From the NCBI GenBank assembly GCA_051362555.1, contig CM120642.1, forward strand, positions 20,026,001 through 20,090,000: a stretch of DNA of 64,000 nucleotides. Reading direction: 5' to 3'. The notes below the pieces were generated by a model that was given only the letters and a program-made list of their open reading frames with translations, ran no database searches and had not been told where the DNA came from. Of this stretch, positions 35,087 to 49,576 are shown in pieces; the first letter of the stretch is position 1, and each line of letters opens with the position of its first letter. Source of the DNA: Lingula anatina (taxonomy: Eukaryota; Animalia; Brachiopoda). The position numbers and the translations under genes were made by a program.

Positions 35087-38000
35087 TAAATCTACGAAGT
35101 GCACAGATGGACAACCAGCATGAAAAGATCGTTGTATGCGATTTATTTCACTGATGCCACCATTGTGGTGAACCTTTCAGAATATTCCTGAATATTTCAA
35201 CACGTCTTTGTGTACTTTTTTAAAGCTAGACAATGCAATTAAAAGCTCCATCTATATTTCACAAAGCACAAGTGTTTTCCATTGTTTTCTGTTTGTGCTT
35301 TTTTTACCCCACACTTAAAATTTCATGATTTAAGCTCCTTCCTGATTTTTATATCTCTTTTTTTATTTTTGATGTTATTCGTATTATGCTCGACACAGGT
35401 TTATAATAAAGCATTTTATGTGTCTCTTTGTTATTTCGTTAGAAATTATTGATTTTTGACGGCCACCAACCTGATGTTATTTTACTTTCGCTACCCTTTA
35501 CAAATTAAGGTAATTCTGGCCAGGGTATTTAAAAATCTAAAATCCAAGCATGTACATCATTTCTATCAATTTCAACAACTGCGCCTGGGATTATTTAAGG
35601 GTGTCGATTAGCGGATCGCTTGAAATCATTTCTGTCTTCAAGGGTTTCTTGGCACATAATTATGGGTTTGCTTTACCTGCATGCAAATACAAGAGATCGT
35701 TTCGTATCTGTTAAAAAGGCGTGTTAACGTTTTTTCCTTGTCTCAGTGCAGTCATTAAGGATCCATTTCACGCAAGAATTGTGTCATGAAGCTCAAAGAC
35801 ATGAATTAAAGTTGAGGGGGTTCATAGTTGTTGTACTTTTATCGATATTGATACGACGGATAACAACCTGGAAAGGTAGGTAAAGTTAACAACCCAAGCT
35901 GGCAAACAACAATATGTCCGACATTTATCCAACGTTACTGAAGTGATTGGCTTCTGATGACTTCCACTCCCTGGGGAAAAACACTAGTTAAATGCAGGAT
36001 AGTTCTCACCAATTTGTGCTGATTTCATTTGAAGCACCTGTAGGCCGAAAAGTTGACGCAGTTGTGATTCGTTGCCAAAACGTGAGACACGACTGCGTTA
36101 TCTTTTAAATTTGCATTAAGCATCTTTCCAGACAGCCCTTTTTTTTTAAACAAAAAGGGCTTTTTGTGAATATCACTGAGAGTCGTAATTATTTGAGTCA
36201 GCATTTCCTAGAAAATTTCTCGCAGACATATATTGACGATAAAATGGAAACGAAGAAATAAATGTGAGCATGATCATTGCTGTCGCTAAAGAAACATGGC
36301 AAATGCTCTGTGCACAAGAACACCAGTGCAATTAAAAAAAAAAAAAACTCTTAGAGAAACAAGTCTTATAATGAAAAGAAATTCCCAGAAGAGTCCAACA
36401 AAAGTGTGCTTCTTGATTTTCTCCGAATATCAATTCCCCTTTCGGAGTCTCTAACAATATTAGTGGGGCAGGCTGTCTCGTTTTTAGATTAAGATTTCCT
36501 TGTAGGAAGGTGCAAAATCTTCTAGGGACTTAATCTTTACTTGTCAATGGAGTAATTGTTTGTGTTAAGGCATCAGAATTATTCACGTTAAGAGCAAATG
36601 ACAAATTGGCACCGTCCATGACATTTTCACCAAAGCGTGTTATAATGTCAAAAGAGGTCCACATTGGCCGTGTAATATGATATAGCATCGCGCGCTGTGC
36701 CCCACTCGACGTCATTAGGTAAAGTGCCTCTTATTCTGTCATCACGAAACGGGTATTACGATGGATTGACTGTCAACTGGAAGCGATACAATACGGTTCA
36801 CACTGTACATGTATTTAGTCACGGTATATGGTAATAGCGTCTGGTGGAGTACGCCGGTGAAGGAATAATGGGCCCTTAGCGACATTAATGGTATACTATA
36901 CGCATCTGAAAATGTCCCAGAGTCATTTTTATATGTCTAAATATCCCGGGATGCTACAAATGTACTTATCTTTTCCAAACTGCACCCTAAAAGTAATAAA
37001 ACCCCTGAAATAAAAGACCCCTGATGTCGTTATTCCTTCTTAAATGTAAGGAAGACTCGAGCAGTCTCAATGTATGCACAAATGCACCAAATACATACAT
37101 GCACAAATGGTAAAACATATCGAATCCAAGTGCAGGAACGAATCCAGCAGTGAATTTTGAATAACTATGAGAAAATTTTTTTCTGGAGGAAAAATTTATT
37201 TGGAGCCAATTTCCGGAAAGTATACCTTCAAATGTAAGATGTACTAGGGCAAACTTAGCTATTAAGGTAAACGGATGGAAAGTGTTTGCACAGTAATGTG
37301 GGAGCCAATCACTTGGTTCGTCATTGTACGCGTCCAGACGTTTCGACTCAAGGTACGTGATCTAAGCAATTACCATTTATGTAATCGACTTAAGTGTTTT
37401 ATAATTACCTATCAAATTAGCGCATTTAATGAAGTGTCTGTACGTTTCCCAGAGTGGATGGATCACTTACACGTAGCTATATCATTTGTATGTACTGGGT
37501 ACGTGCATTATGTAAGCTAGGTCTACATATATCTGAAGGTGACTTTTTATTTATATTCTATTGTAGAAAATGGCGCCTGCATCCTTCTTCAAATACACAT
37601 CTAAATTGTATTTTGTATGGGGTTCAAAAAGTACATATATTCAAGAAAATCCAAATTCAACTAACTGACCTCCCATGGCTTTCACACGAAATGATAGCCC
37701 TGTAGTAGATTATTACATAAGAACACACCTGGCGTAAGCTGGCCGTGGCTGTTATCACGGAGGGGTCTGGACAGGTACGTGCTTAAAATAATCCTCGTGG
37801 GACTGGGCACTACGTTATGTAGTACAGATACCTAGAACGGACCGCAGGTAATTTTTGGCATCATTGATGACGGCGTACAGGCGGTTGTGTTGCCGCTAAA
37901 TAAATGGCGACAGGTGCGCATGTCTGACGGGAAGTTTTGGAAGTGGACATTCTGGCTTGTTTCTCTTAAGGGTTGCTCGGATATATTTATTTCTTTGGTG

Positions 38001-38244
38001 AACTTAGATCACAAATTTAGCAAGTGTGATATGCAGCTATAGCTGTCACTAAATGGCCAAGGAATCCCCTTCTATTTGTTAACAGACTTTCCTCATCTGG
38101 AAATCATAATCAAACGACTGCTTCATTGCCTTTCAATTAACATTAAATAAGTTCTTGATAAGAAGAGGCAAAATTGAGTAGGCGACATTGTTTGTCAACA
38201 GGCATAGGAATACTTCCATGTTTTTGTGAGCTCTGCAACAGATG

Positions 38245-38277
<33 letters not shown>

Positions 38278-41200
38278 CAACATGGAGAGGATCCTGCCTT
38301 CCTCTGTCGCCTCTTAATCAAATTGCATATTTTCCTTCTGCCTCTTATACTCTGAACACTTCACCAGGCATTCTAATGCCAGAAGAATTCCACCTTAAAA
38401 TTGACATGAATAATTAAAATCAAAATCAATTCATGGACAAAATTCGGGTAGGAAACATCCATTTCCTGCAGCATGCCATGTTTGCTTGAAAACGGAAGGT
38501 ACAACTGTAGAGTTTGATTTTGCCACGGTGCGAGCGCATTTGTTAAATTTGATTTGACGAGCATGGACGCAGCTTTACTGCTCCTGGAAGAGCATTTTTC
38601 AGTAACGTTAGCACGCCTGTTGTTTTGCTCCAGTAAGAACATTAAAAGATCATCATCTGAATCTGCAAGACGGTTGTTCCTAAAATACACGGAGGATGTG
38701 GCGTGGTTGGGGGATTGAGCCAAGTTTTTGTCACGTCTGCAGATGCATTCGGAATTGTTGTCCGCCAGGTTTGTGCATATTTTTCTATTTTCAGTTGGTG
38801 CGCACCAGGGCTTGTAGAGAAAGTTACGCCTTTTTCTCAAAAATTCAGAAGGATATAATGATGCTCAGGTACTCAAGTTTTAGAAATATAAAGTACGTGT
38901 TTTTCAAGTGATGTCTCCTATAGCACACCAATTGATGGTGTCAGAATACGACTGTGTTTGTGTCACTATCGCGAACTAATATAACCACATTTATCAATCG
39001 CGTGTGTGAGCGCGTGTGCATCTCTGTCGCGCATTTTGCAAAACCATGTGTGCGCACGCGGGTATCATGCACTAGACTAATTATATTCATTGCCGGATTT
39101 ATAAAAACACTGACGTTATTATATCAGATTCTGGAATATATACATGTATAAAACATTCATACAGGAAAGTATCTTTTTAATTGACTTCATAGATAAAAGG
39201 TCCGTTCTGCTGTTATCTCAAGATTTTAGAAAGCAATGCATTTTTTTTTCACTCGACAATTATTTACGTTTTGATAAATTATTATCAGATTACTCTTTCT
39301 GCGTACTTAACAGCAAAGAGAGCGATTATTTATATCAGTAATGGGATTGATGAGTATCGTGTGACTTTAATGTACCATATCCAAAACATTTTAACTATAA
39401 GAGCACCAGTTGTAATGGGAATTATCGACAATTTTGATCACGTACAGAACAATAATAGCAAAAGTAATGGCGAGTAGAGATGGCAACTTAACGGAATTAA
39501 GTGACATAGAAAACACTTTTGGACTCTGTTATGAACTAAAAAAGATTCCAGAACCAATTGAGCTAGTAAGGTGATTATAAATCATTTTAAAACTCAATAG
39601 TCTTTTTACGATAGAATTCTTCTTTGTGTCACGATATTTCCTGTATATGTAGTCTTTGTTTATCTTTCATAAAACCCCAGCTGTACGTGAGGCACTATTG
39701 TCTTTCAGTGGTGTTATACAAAGATCAATGTATCATAATTTTAATGTAGTTGCATGGTTGCTGTGGCCATGGAAATATTTCCATGGTGTGGTTAAAAGAA
39801 CATGGTGGTTTGATCATGGCACGTGCGCGTTACGCCGCATAAATCGGACATCCCTAAGCAGGCAGTAATGCGCCGGGCGCGCAGACGTCTCATTAATCGA
39901 AATCTAGATCTCTTGGCCAGCGGGGATTCAGATTTGCATGATATAAGCTGCTTATTCTCTGGCGAGATGCGGTTATGGCTGAAAACACGAAGTAGGTGTA
40001 TTAGCTTTTTTTTTTCAACCTAAAATTCAGTAATGTGCTAATGCTAGAGGGATTTTCGAAAAAGGGATATTAATGTGCGTGGCATTCCACGTGATCATGA
40101 CGTAATACGCTTCTGACTGCTGAAAAACACAGAAAACATCTGAAAGGTCAAAGAAAATGCAGGCCTTATTCTTGGAAATTTACAAACCGCTGATTAAATG
40201 AACGGACATGTCAAAATAATTCCCCACTTCCCAAATTGCTGTACATCGTTGGAGATGTATGCGGTCAAAAGTTCACATATCCCGTGTTTTCTCCTGTTTG
40301 GGCTCTCCTTTATTTTCATAAATACACTTGAATTATCAAATGAAGATTTCTGGGCAATTTTATCATCTGATTTCCATTGTCAGTCATGATTGTCTTCTAT
40401 GATCCACGCGTCTTAATTATCCTTGCACCTGAGTCTTCTACAGGTACAAAGACAGCATACTTTTTCATTATTGATTTATTTGAGTTTCCCCTGATTCCCT
40501 GTCACGATCAAGATGTGCCACCGCGGGAAGTGGTTGCAGGTGACGGCAACGGAGACTGGCACAGTGGCATTTTGATTTTAACCACTAATGATGTTTTCTC
40601 ACAAAAAAGGGAAAATTAAGAGAACTGCGAAAGTGATAGGAGAGGGATAACATGATCTTCCTGTGTGTGATGACTAGAAAACGACTGGTTTCCGTGATGT
40701 AACGAGAGCGTAGCTATATTAAACGATAATGACAACAGTTTCAGAAACGGTTCTGTGAACAGAAACAGTACCCGTGTGTCGTCTGTGACGAATCCAGGAT
40801 TTTTTCTAAACGCTGAGTGAAACGGCTTGGTTTCACATCACTGAAAAGGTATATATTCTTTGATTTTTGTATCGATGAGCCTTGCAAAGAGAGCATATTT
40901 ATTTAAAGTGGTATCTTATTCTTTATCTACGTCCGGTAGCCTTTAGCCACTCCTACAGCAGTCAAATGTGAAGCAACCTGGGGGTAGTGGTAAGTTGGTT
41001 TTTGTCATGAATAATCCTTCTGGTATTTTTAACTTCTTTAGATTCCTAAGTAAAAAAGCCAAACCGAAAGATATTTGGGCAAATAAATATGTTGACAATA
41101 GATAACAATTGGGTCACTATTCGTATGAGTATCCAAATAAGCATATTTCGCAGATTTACCATTTTTTCAATTACGCCATCAGGAAACGGAGTATAAGGGG

Positions 41201-42756
41201 CATCCCCCCTCCACGCAACTACTTTTTATGGATTTTCATGCTAACCCGCCCCCTCTACCCCCCCCCCCCCCCCCCCCCACGGCCCTACCCTCTAGTGAGA
41301 TCTAAGATATACAGCGGGATTTATATACATAATAAAGTTACTTCTAGGGGAGCTAATCCGACTCAGGATGATCTATGTTCGGCTCATGATTCCTGACTTG
41401 AGTTATCCCCAAAGAGAAAAGAAACGCAACACCTCAGTTTTGTTACAAAATCCAAACCTCATTTTTTCCAGGACATCGCCACTGGTTTTATAGTAGAAAT
41501 CGACGTGGCAGAATTCGCAAGATCGTAAATTAAACGTTTAAGTGAGATAAGGACAATTAAAGATACGATAATGGCAACCGATAATCAGACGAATGGCGTG
41601 CACATGCATGCAACTCTATCAAAATTAATTTGTAAATTAATTTGGTTATTTGTACATCACCCCCACCCACCCCCCGCCCCACGCGCTTGCCTGGGTGAAG
41701 AATAACAAAAATGCCGGAAAACACGCTACAGCATATTATGAAGTAAATGCAAAGAATGATCAGACACGAGTAGCTGTTTTAGGTGAAAAAAAAAACATAT
41801 ATCTGAGACAGCGAAAAGGTCAAATGGCTGTATTCATAAACGAAGTTTAAGCTATTACCAGACATATTAGTATAAACAAGCAGACAGCAAAATGTTTTAT
41901 CTTGCATGTCAAAAAATTACTTTTAGACAAGAGATGTACCATGAAATAAATGAACTGAAAAAGAGAAGGCAAGCATGTTCAAGATGATGAAGAGTACACG
42001 CGCAGTATGCTGAAATGAACGCTCCGGGAGAGGGGTGGGGGTGGCAGTTGTTGAAGTCCTGAAGTTATCAACACGCAATTTGTACCACCTTTTGTAATCA
42101 TTTACACGCTAAATGAAGGAAAGTAAAAATTGTGGTGGGAGATGCTAAAACTTGATAATCGATCTCGCCCCCCCCCCAAAAAAAAAAAAAAATATATATA
42201 TATATTGTAATGAATAATGACAACTGCCCACTCCCACATTTATGATCCTCCTGTAGGCCTACATTCAGTAAACTAGAAGTCACGTAAGGCCACCTTAATA
42301 CAGCAGTGAAGGGCCAGCCTGCCGATAAGGGGGCAACCTGCCAAAAGACCCTTCGGAAAGCACGAAACGCTTGATTTATTAATATGATAGCTCCTAAGCT
42401 ATTCTCGGTATCATATCAGTTCGGTGTTCAATACCTGACGCGTTTGGCCACGCAGAATTACCTTCGAATCATTAACTTACCGCCATGAACTAAATGGCTT
42501 TCACATCCAATATCTGGATATAATTTCTCTTAACCTGATAAAGACAAAATGAGAAATGAAATTGATAGTTCTGTTGTTTTTCGTCATATGACCGTTTTTA
42601 TCATTTTGATTTATTTGCTTCCTCATGCAGTTTCATTTGAAAAATGTCAAATAATGATTTAAAGCCATGCCCATAACCATCTTTATTTCTAGACATTACA
42701 GTTTAATCAGGCATTGAAATATTTAGGTTCTGGTCTCCGTCAACGCTGATGACCAA

Positions 42757-42759
<3 letters not shown>

Positions 42760-42787
<28 letters not shown>
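42760..42787. repeat. (CT)n microsatellite
   Basis: Direct reading. Confidence 0.85.
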
Positions 42788-42791
<4 letters not shown>

Positions 42792-45155
42792 GGCGTTGCC
42801 AGCTCAACGCAAATTTTTGCCTTGTATATATAAACTTCCAATGGCCATTTGAATATTGTGAATAAGAACAAACAAACCTTGTTCCGCTTATTGTCTTGAG
42901 AATACAGCCAACATGTATATATGTAACTTCAAATCCAAACCGACATAAGCGCACTTATGGGGAAAAATCTGTCTCAGGATATTTATCAGCTAACCGCGAA
43001 GGCTCTTTGATGCTGTCTACTGTCTTTGTCTTAAGATATTTACTTCATTTTTTAAAACATTGACTTTTTTCATTCTTTTAAGCCAATCACAGAATATAGC
43101 AAGTGCTAATGAACCCCTAGTTGCCCAGAGTCCTAAGCTCACGTATTTCTTATATCAGGACCGCTTTTCCTCGTATTGATTAAAAAAACTAAATTCCATG
43201 TGGACAAAGCCGTCTTACCTGTTGATAAAACTCGTATATAATCGCTTGAATGCGTCTTCTCAATCGAATGTCTCTTTTCTTCAAATCGACACCGTTCCTT
43301 TGATATAAAAGTTGTTATATAATTCGCTTCGTTGCTGCCAAGGGCCCACCGAAATTGTTACAATCATCTAAATGTAGTTTTTTAGTTAACATTATGGACG
43401 CACCCATGAACATGACAATTCAGTTAACCTGCTTGTTATTTTGAATCACCATAGCTTTCAAGTGAATTGAGACATTACGTGCTTAATGTCGTTTGATTGA
43501 TCTTTTGACAGAGGTACATGTGTAGGACAATTTTACCCAATGTTGGCATAAAACACAACTGATGGTTTATTGTTACTGTTTTAAAGACACTGTGGGTGTG
43601 GATGTCTCGAAAAAAAAGTCGCTCGACAAATTTTAACTGGCGATTTCAAAAGCAGGGATATGTTTAAAAAATGGTGAGCTAAATATCTTCCATAATTAAG
43701 AATGCACACCCTGCTTAACTTTAAAAAACTCGTAAATTATAGTTTTATTTTTAAATGTCCCACTGCTCTTCTTTCGATTTGGTAATGCCTGCTCTAACAG
43801 AATTGTATTCATAAATTTTGGAGACTCTCCTTATTTATTTATTTATTTATTTGCCAGGCTTACTATCTATCGATGCATCGTGGACATCAAGCGTTTCCGT
43901 CGTCAGAGTGCCTCTGTATTATATATCAACGATGATAAAATGAGTCACGTCTTCCCCCATCCCCAGGGGGACAGTGCTGTTTACGCTGAAATGGTCTTCA
44001 TAACTCCACCGTGAATGGCGCTCCCTTTTTAAAAGCACATTTAACTCTGAACAGATATCATAATCGGAGAGGACGGCGATCTTTTTAAACTATTAACTGT
44101 AGGAAACATCCATTAAGTTTTGATATGAGGCTTAATATGTAGAGTATAGTTTAGAACAGCATCCAAAGCAGAGCACAGCACTGAGTAAACAATAGACGGG
44201 GAAAAACGGGTCTTATTTCACTTAATCAGACGCCAGTTAATACCAGCAATCATTGAAAACCTGCGTGAAGCGTTTAGTCACTTTGAAACATTAATTGATA
44301 TTAATGCACCTAGACATTAAATTGATGACCATATGATGAGATTAGATAGGACAGCTAATGTTTCCATTTGGATTAATAAGTTAGATGCTGATGACACAGC
44401 AGTCTAAAGGCAAGCGTACATTAACCTGGGCATGGAATGCAGTATTCATATTTTGACGGGTTATTCAGGAAGTCTGAAGTCGGCTTCGGGGGTTGGCGGC
44501 GGTTTATGTTTAATTTGCAATCAGTTGTGTCTGTCTCTATCTTAGTCTCATTTAGAGACAAAATGAAGCAGATCTAGGTCTAACGGACTACTAGGCTTGA
44601 AACAAGGATAGTTAAATTTGAACTTCTAAGGTGTGTTATATCTAAAGCAATTTACTTGTATACATTCTAAATTCCAATGTGTGAATGTCAATTATGCAAT
44701 GATACAGAGACCCCAAGATTTTCACTAATAATGGTTGAATTAACAATATCAAGATCTTCAAATATTATTGACACATTATTTCCCAATGCCTTGATTCCTG
44801 ACACAAAGTTTAAACCAGGGGTGTTTACTTGATGAAACCAATGTCTGTTATAGAAAGCTTTGCTAGCAATGACTTGTGTAGTTTCCGGTGTGCTCTCCCC
44901 TTGCTCGGTGTGTCTTGGGTTTGGCAATAAAAGGTACAAGCGTTTGAAAATTTACCAAAGTCATATTTTCTATGTGTTCATAGCATTCGTATCTACTCAT
45001 CTTCCCCCATTCACTCACTCCTTTCGAACCATAAAGACCCACAAATAAAAGTACTTGAAGCCGATAGTTCCTTCTGAAATGTAGAGGAAGACAAAACATT
45101 AATGGTTGGCCAGTCATTTAGTACCAGATTATTTTCTTTAAGGAACATTTTACAC

Positions 45156-45186
<31 letters not shown>

Positions 45187-47705
45187 TGCATGAAAAACCA
45201 ATATCTTAAAATCGCTAGATTCCGTTTGCGATTCAACACCCACGTATTTCGTTGAACTTAGATTTATTTAATGCACAATTACTCCTGTCGCCTTTTCGAC
45301 ATTAATTTCCTGCTTGGGCGCTTAAAAGATTGTTAAAGCTTCGAAATGGCAAGGTTTCCTGAGCAAAGGTAAGACTCAGCAAGCCAGATTGTAATTGGTT
45401 TTAACAACATGCAACCTCTGGTGGCAGATAATGACAGTAAGGGCAAATATTTTTGACACACGTGGCTAGTTATGACATATAATATATAGCATAGTGGAGT
45501 AGCCAGAACGCTAACAATGCAATGTTCATTTCTGTTAACTTTTCTATGCTGAAATGCATTCTCTAGGCCGAGAGAAGCAAAATTAGCTTAGTTGCCACTA
45601 CCGAGACATTGAACATTTTTCAATATGGCCGTCAATTTTTGAAGAAAAACATAAAAACGACCAGAAGTCGCTAGATATATTTTATTTAGAGCTTTTTTGA
45701 ACGTTTTTCCTATCAGAAGAGCAAAACAAGACTAGTGAATGCACTTAAGCGCGTAACTTTTAGCAAAAATGGCCGTCAAAAGATATGGCAAAAAGTTCAA
45801 AAGAGCTGTTAAATTATTTAGTTTTTTGCACATTTAGTTTTATTAAAACCTTATCTATTGGCCACTCCCACGAGACCCATAGTTAAAGCCTGCTATGTTA
45901 TATCTTGCAAACAATTTTTAAAGAAATGATATCATCTATGCTACAATACTGAGAAAAGCCAATAAAGCTTGGCTTTCTTAGCCGGTTAGTATTAATTTTC
46001 AGATTTAAAGATGCCCTTCAATGTGTCGTATGATAACAAGAGCCCTCAAAATGTATTATTCACTCTATTGTTCATAATTGCATGTTTATGTACACATCCA
46101 TGCAAATTGCTTTCCTTTTTTACACCTCTGCAATTCATTTCAATAAAAGAAAAACAAAAATGACCTCCAAAACGTAACGGAAAAGGTAAAGAAAGACCAG
46201 TAAAACTACAAGTCTTTTAACTGAAAAAACTTAATTGAATCAAATATAAATATATATATAAAGTAAAAAGATTAACCCGTGGTCAAGACAGGGTACACAA
46301 TAAAACATATTCTTTGGCTAAATAATACAGTAATAAATCAATGCTACTTTATGATCGAACCAAACATTAATTACGGATATCTCAGTCATTTCGTGACAAT
46401 TAGTCTTCCATTCTAAATAAAAATTTACACTGGTGATAATTTGGAAATGCATTATCGCCTTAGTATATGTAAACTAAGTCATCATTTTGAAATTAAAAAT
46501 AGCTTTCAGATCGTTTTTCTAAGTACTTTTGGGTGTAGTATAGCAGGCTACATGTACAGATGATGTTGATGAGGAGACATTTGGCATTATGAAGGATGGT
46601 TTCGCAGCAAGGAAGACTGTTGTTCGAGGTAATCGGTTTGTTGTCAGGACTACAGATTGCTGTCGATCAAGTAATTGTAACAGTCTGGCACCTGAGTAAT
46701 TTTAACAGATTCGTTGTCAAAGCAACCCACTTTCTTTCTATCAAGTGTAATTTACATGTTATTTTCCTCATAGACCATTTGAGAAAAGTAAAAATACATA
46801 GGGTTGGATTATTCTTATCCTTTTTTTCTAAACGTATTCTTTTAACAGCTATGGATAAAGGTATTTTTCTTTGCTTAAGGCAACCCATCAACACCATGTA
46901 CTTGAAAAGATTTGTATGATGTTTTGTTTATTGACTCCAACACCACCTATGTAATTTAAAGTGACAAATCGCAAAAATTAGAAAAATTAGAAGTGCTATT
47001 ACATACTGATGAAATTTGGAAAAAGAATTGTTTTGAAACGTGCAAATTTCAATAAAAAATAAGGGAATTTTTTAAAGTTAAATTATCTATATATATACAT
47101 TATTCATTATTCATTATTCATTATAGTCATTATAAAAATATAAAATCACGAAAAGAAAGGTGAAGTGTAACCAACGTAAAAACTAAAAATAATAAGGTTA
47201 AAATTTTAAACTATAATTAAATGCATTTATAATTGATTTCCCCCTTATCCCCGCACACGGATCCTGGTTGGACTCCCTATAAATGAACGCCCATTCTGAA
47301 CATCCTGTACCCCTAATCCTGCAGACACATCTGTTGGCCCTTGATATTCTTTCCTGTACTGAACCTGTATCAAAAAGGGAACTTACGTAACGGTCAATCC
47401 TACCTAATGGCTCATTTTTATGGAGTTTTAGTATAACTGTAACTTACTAGTACATCTTGTCATCATATTAAAGAGTGTCATATATTCAAGATGGTAAATT
47501 AGCAGTTCAAAAACGTTTTTACTTTAATTTTACTGCTCTTTTTTCTTTTTTCAACAGGTTTTAGCGGTCATTTTGTTTTATTTTCCACGGATTTAACGTA
47601 TTATGTTAAAGTTAAAATCGTATTAAACATCCTTGAAAGGATCAACAGTGATTTTAATATTGAAATGCGGAATACCACACAATTTGAGCTCGACTCTTGC
47701 TATTG

Positions 47706-49576
47706 CAGGGGCGTAACCAGACCTTTAAAAATTGTACGCACAGTTTTTTTTAAAAATTCCCAGCAAAATGTAGACTAACGCAAGAGATGAAGGACAGCGT
47801 AATTACATGATATGTACCACACATCGCAGCTTAATTTCCATGAATAATAAAATCATCATTTAGTCAGAAACATTCTCGCAATGAAAAAAGTTTCATTATT
47901 CTTATTACCCAGAACGGTAACACTTTTGGAAACAAACAAAAGAAAAACCTTATAGGTAAAAAATAAGTGAATTATAAAATCGGCCTTTTTGACCCATTGC
48001 TGGGGCAATACGCCTCGCACCAGGGGGCTAAATGCCTACCGTGGGCGTCTTGCCCCAAACTATAGGCGTTATGCCCCGCCTTTGTACAAAGCAAAATAAA
48101 ATTAAATTATATTTCTACGGGACAACTTAGTAAGCCTTTAAAGCAACAGATAATTTTTTGTGGTACTGAGATAATAAAAATACCCATCAAATTTAAATGA
48201 GCTGTAATTCTACTCTTTACGGTAGGGCACTGTGATACTTCCAAAATTAAGTTCCTAGTACAGCCACTTGCTTTGGCTTTTCCCCATATAAGTGTAATAA
48301 CTGATGATATACAATAAAAAAAAGTGCATGAAAGAACACTTCCGCATCTTTTTAGAATTATTTTTTATCTAAAAACGAAAAGGGGCAAAACGCCCAGTGA
48401 TCGGGGCAAAACGCCCACTATAGGCGTTTTGCCCCATATCAGCATGGGCGTTTTGCCCCAAAGTGAGATTTTGTATATTTTTGCAAAATTCGGCGGGAAA
48501 GGTTTTATAAATCTGACTTCATCGAGACTTGTATGGAGGTCTGACATCATCCTATCTGTCACCAACAAAGTTTTTTAAATTCGTGCATTTGGTAGATGGT
48601 GTCACTGATGTTAAGGAAAAGGCTAGATTACTGTAAACAGGGCAAAAATGAACAAATTATCATAAAATGCTTACTTTTTAGTTTGTGGTTATCTCCGTCA
48701 TGGAGGATTAGTCTGCTAGAAATCGGAAGTGGACAAAACATCACGAGACGCGTATTTATACGTAATACCTGAAAAAAGCGGGTGGGCATTTGACTCCGAC
48801 TGGGCGTTTAGCCCCGGTCTACCTATTTATTTAAAAGGAGGCTAGCTTCGCATATGTGGAACCCCCTTCGAATAATCCTGGATCCACCTCTGAGTTGAAC
48901 TAACATACGGTTTCATTCACCTTACATGTGGATTCATGGGTCCCAAAAAACAACCAATTGTACGACACGACAGAGCTCTGATACATCTAAGTTTAATTAT
49001 TTGTTTGTGAAAATTGCCCATGTCACTCTGTTAGTTTGGAGGGGTAAGCTGGGTCAAGTCCGTGTCAAAATTCTTTGAAGCTTTGCAGGAAAAATTCTTC
49101 CTTTGTTTCTCTAGCTCCTTCTTAAACCTGGTGTCCAGATTTTATCTAGTGCCCCCAGGGTTGCGGGAGCTGCTCTTTGAAAATAACACTCAGGCAGATT
49201 TTTACCTGAGATAAATATCCCCAGCGAGAATGCGTTTGATATTCTCAAGAAAGAGGTTACAGAAGAGTTGAGGGCCACTGAACCCTCCAATTAAGGGGTA
49301 AAGGAAGTTCCAGTTAGATGGACGATTAAGATAGGACTTGTTAAGGTTACAGGCATTGTTTACCTCAGTTTGCAAGACGGTGGGGGAGGGGGGGGGGTCA
49401 GAACAATTGTGCCTATACAATTGATACAGAGGTTTGTACATACAGTTTACTTAATAAGCAGAGGATTTTCTTTTATATTCCGTGAAAAATACGCTAAATT
49501 TATATAAAATAATATCATGGTTGGCCAAAAAATTGTACGCACAGTGCATCCGTGCGTATGCCTAGTTACGCCCATG
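47706..49576. mobile_element. 1.87-kb non-autonomous CAG-terminated element with exact 5-bp TSD TATTG (hAT5-like)
   Basis: CAGGGGCGTAACCAG ... CTAGTTACGCCCATG. TATTG at 47701-47705 and 49577-49581. Subterminal 18-mer AAAAATTGTACGCACAGT near both ends. Confidence 0.8.
47953..48825. mobile_element. Tc1/pogo-like non-autonomous element with GGGGCAAAACGCCC subterminal repeats (left end degenerate)
   Basis: About nine copies of the GGGGCAAAACGCC(C) motif or its reverse complement near 48002, 48023, 48043, 48065, 48382, 48403, 48423, 48446 and 48802. Right end CCCCGGTCTACC|TA. Confidence 0.6.

Noticed and set aside
38373-38840. 155-aa minus ORF with dibasic sites, considered as a neuropeptide precursor
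   Set aside because: Non-ATG start, no signal peptide, no repeated amidated (G-K/R) peptides and no recognisable domain.
44688-46919. Short ORFs near and inside the long-TIR element, considered as transposase remnants
   Set aside because: Multiple stops in all frames examined and no DDE, zinc-finger or other motif I can recognise. BLASTX would be needed.
48002-48460. Spaced GGGGCAAAACGCCC repeats, considered as a CRISPR-like array
   Set aside because: Units are ~14 bp in mixed orientation with irregular spacing in eukaryotic DNA, typical of transposon subterminal repeats.
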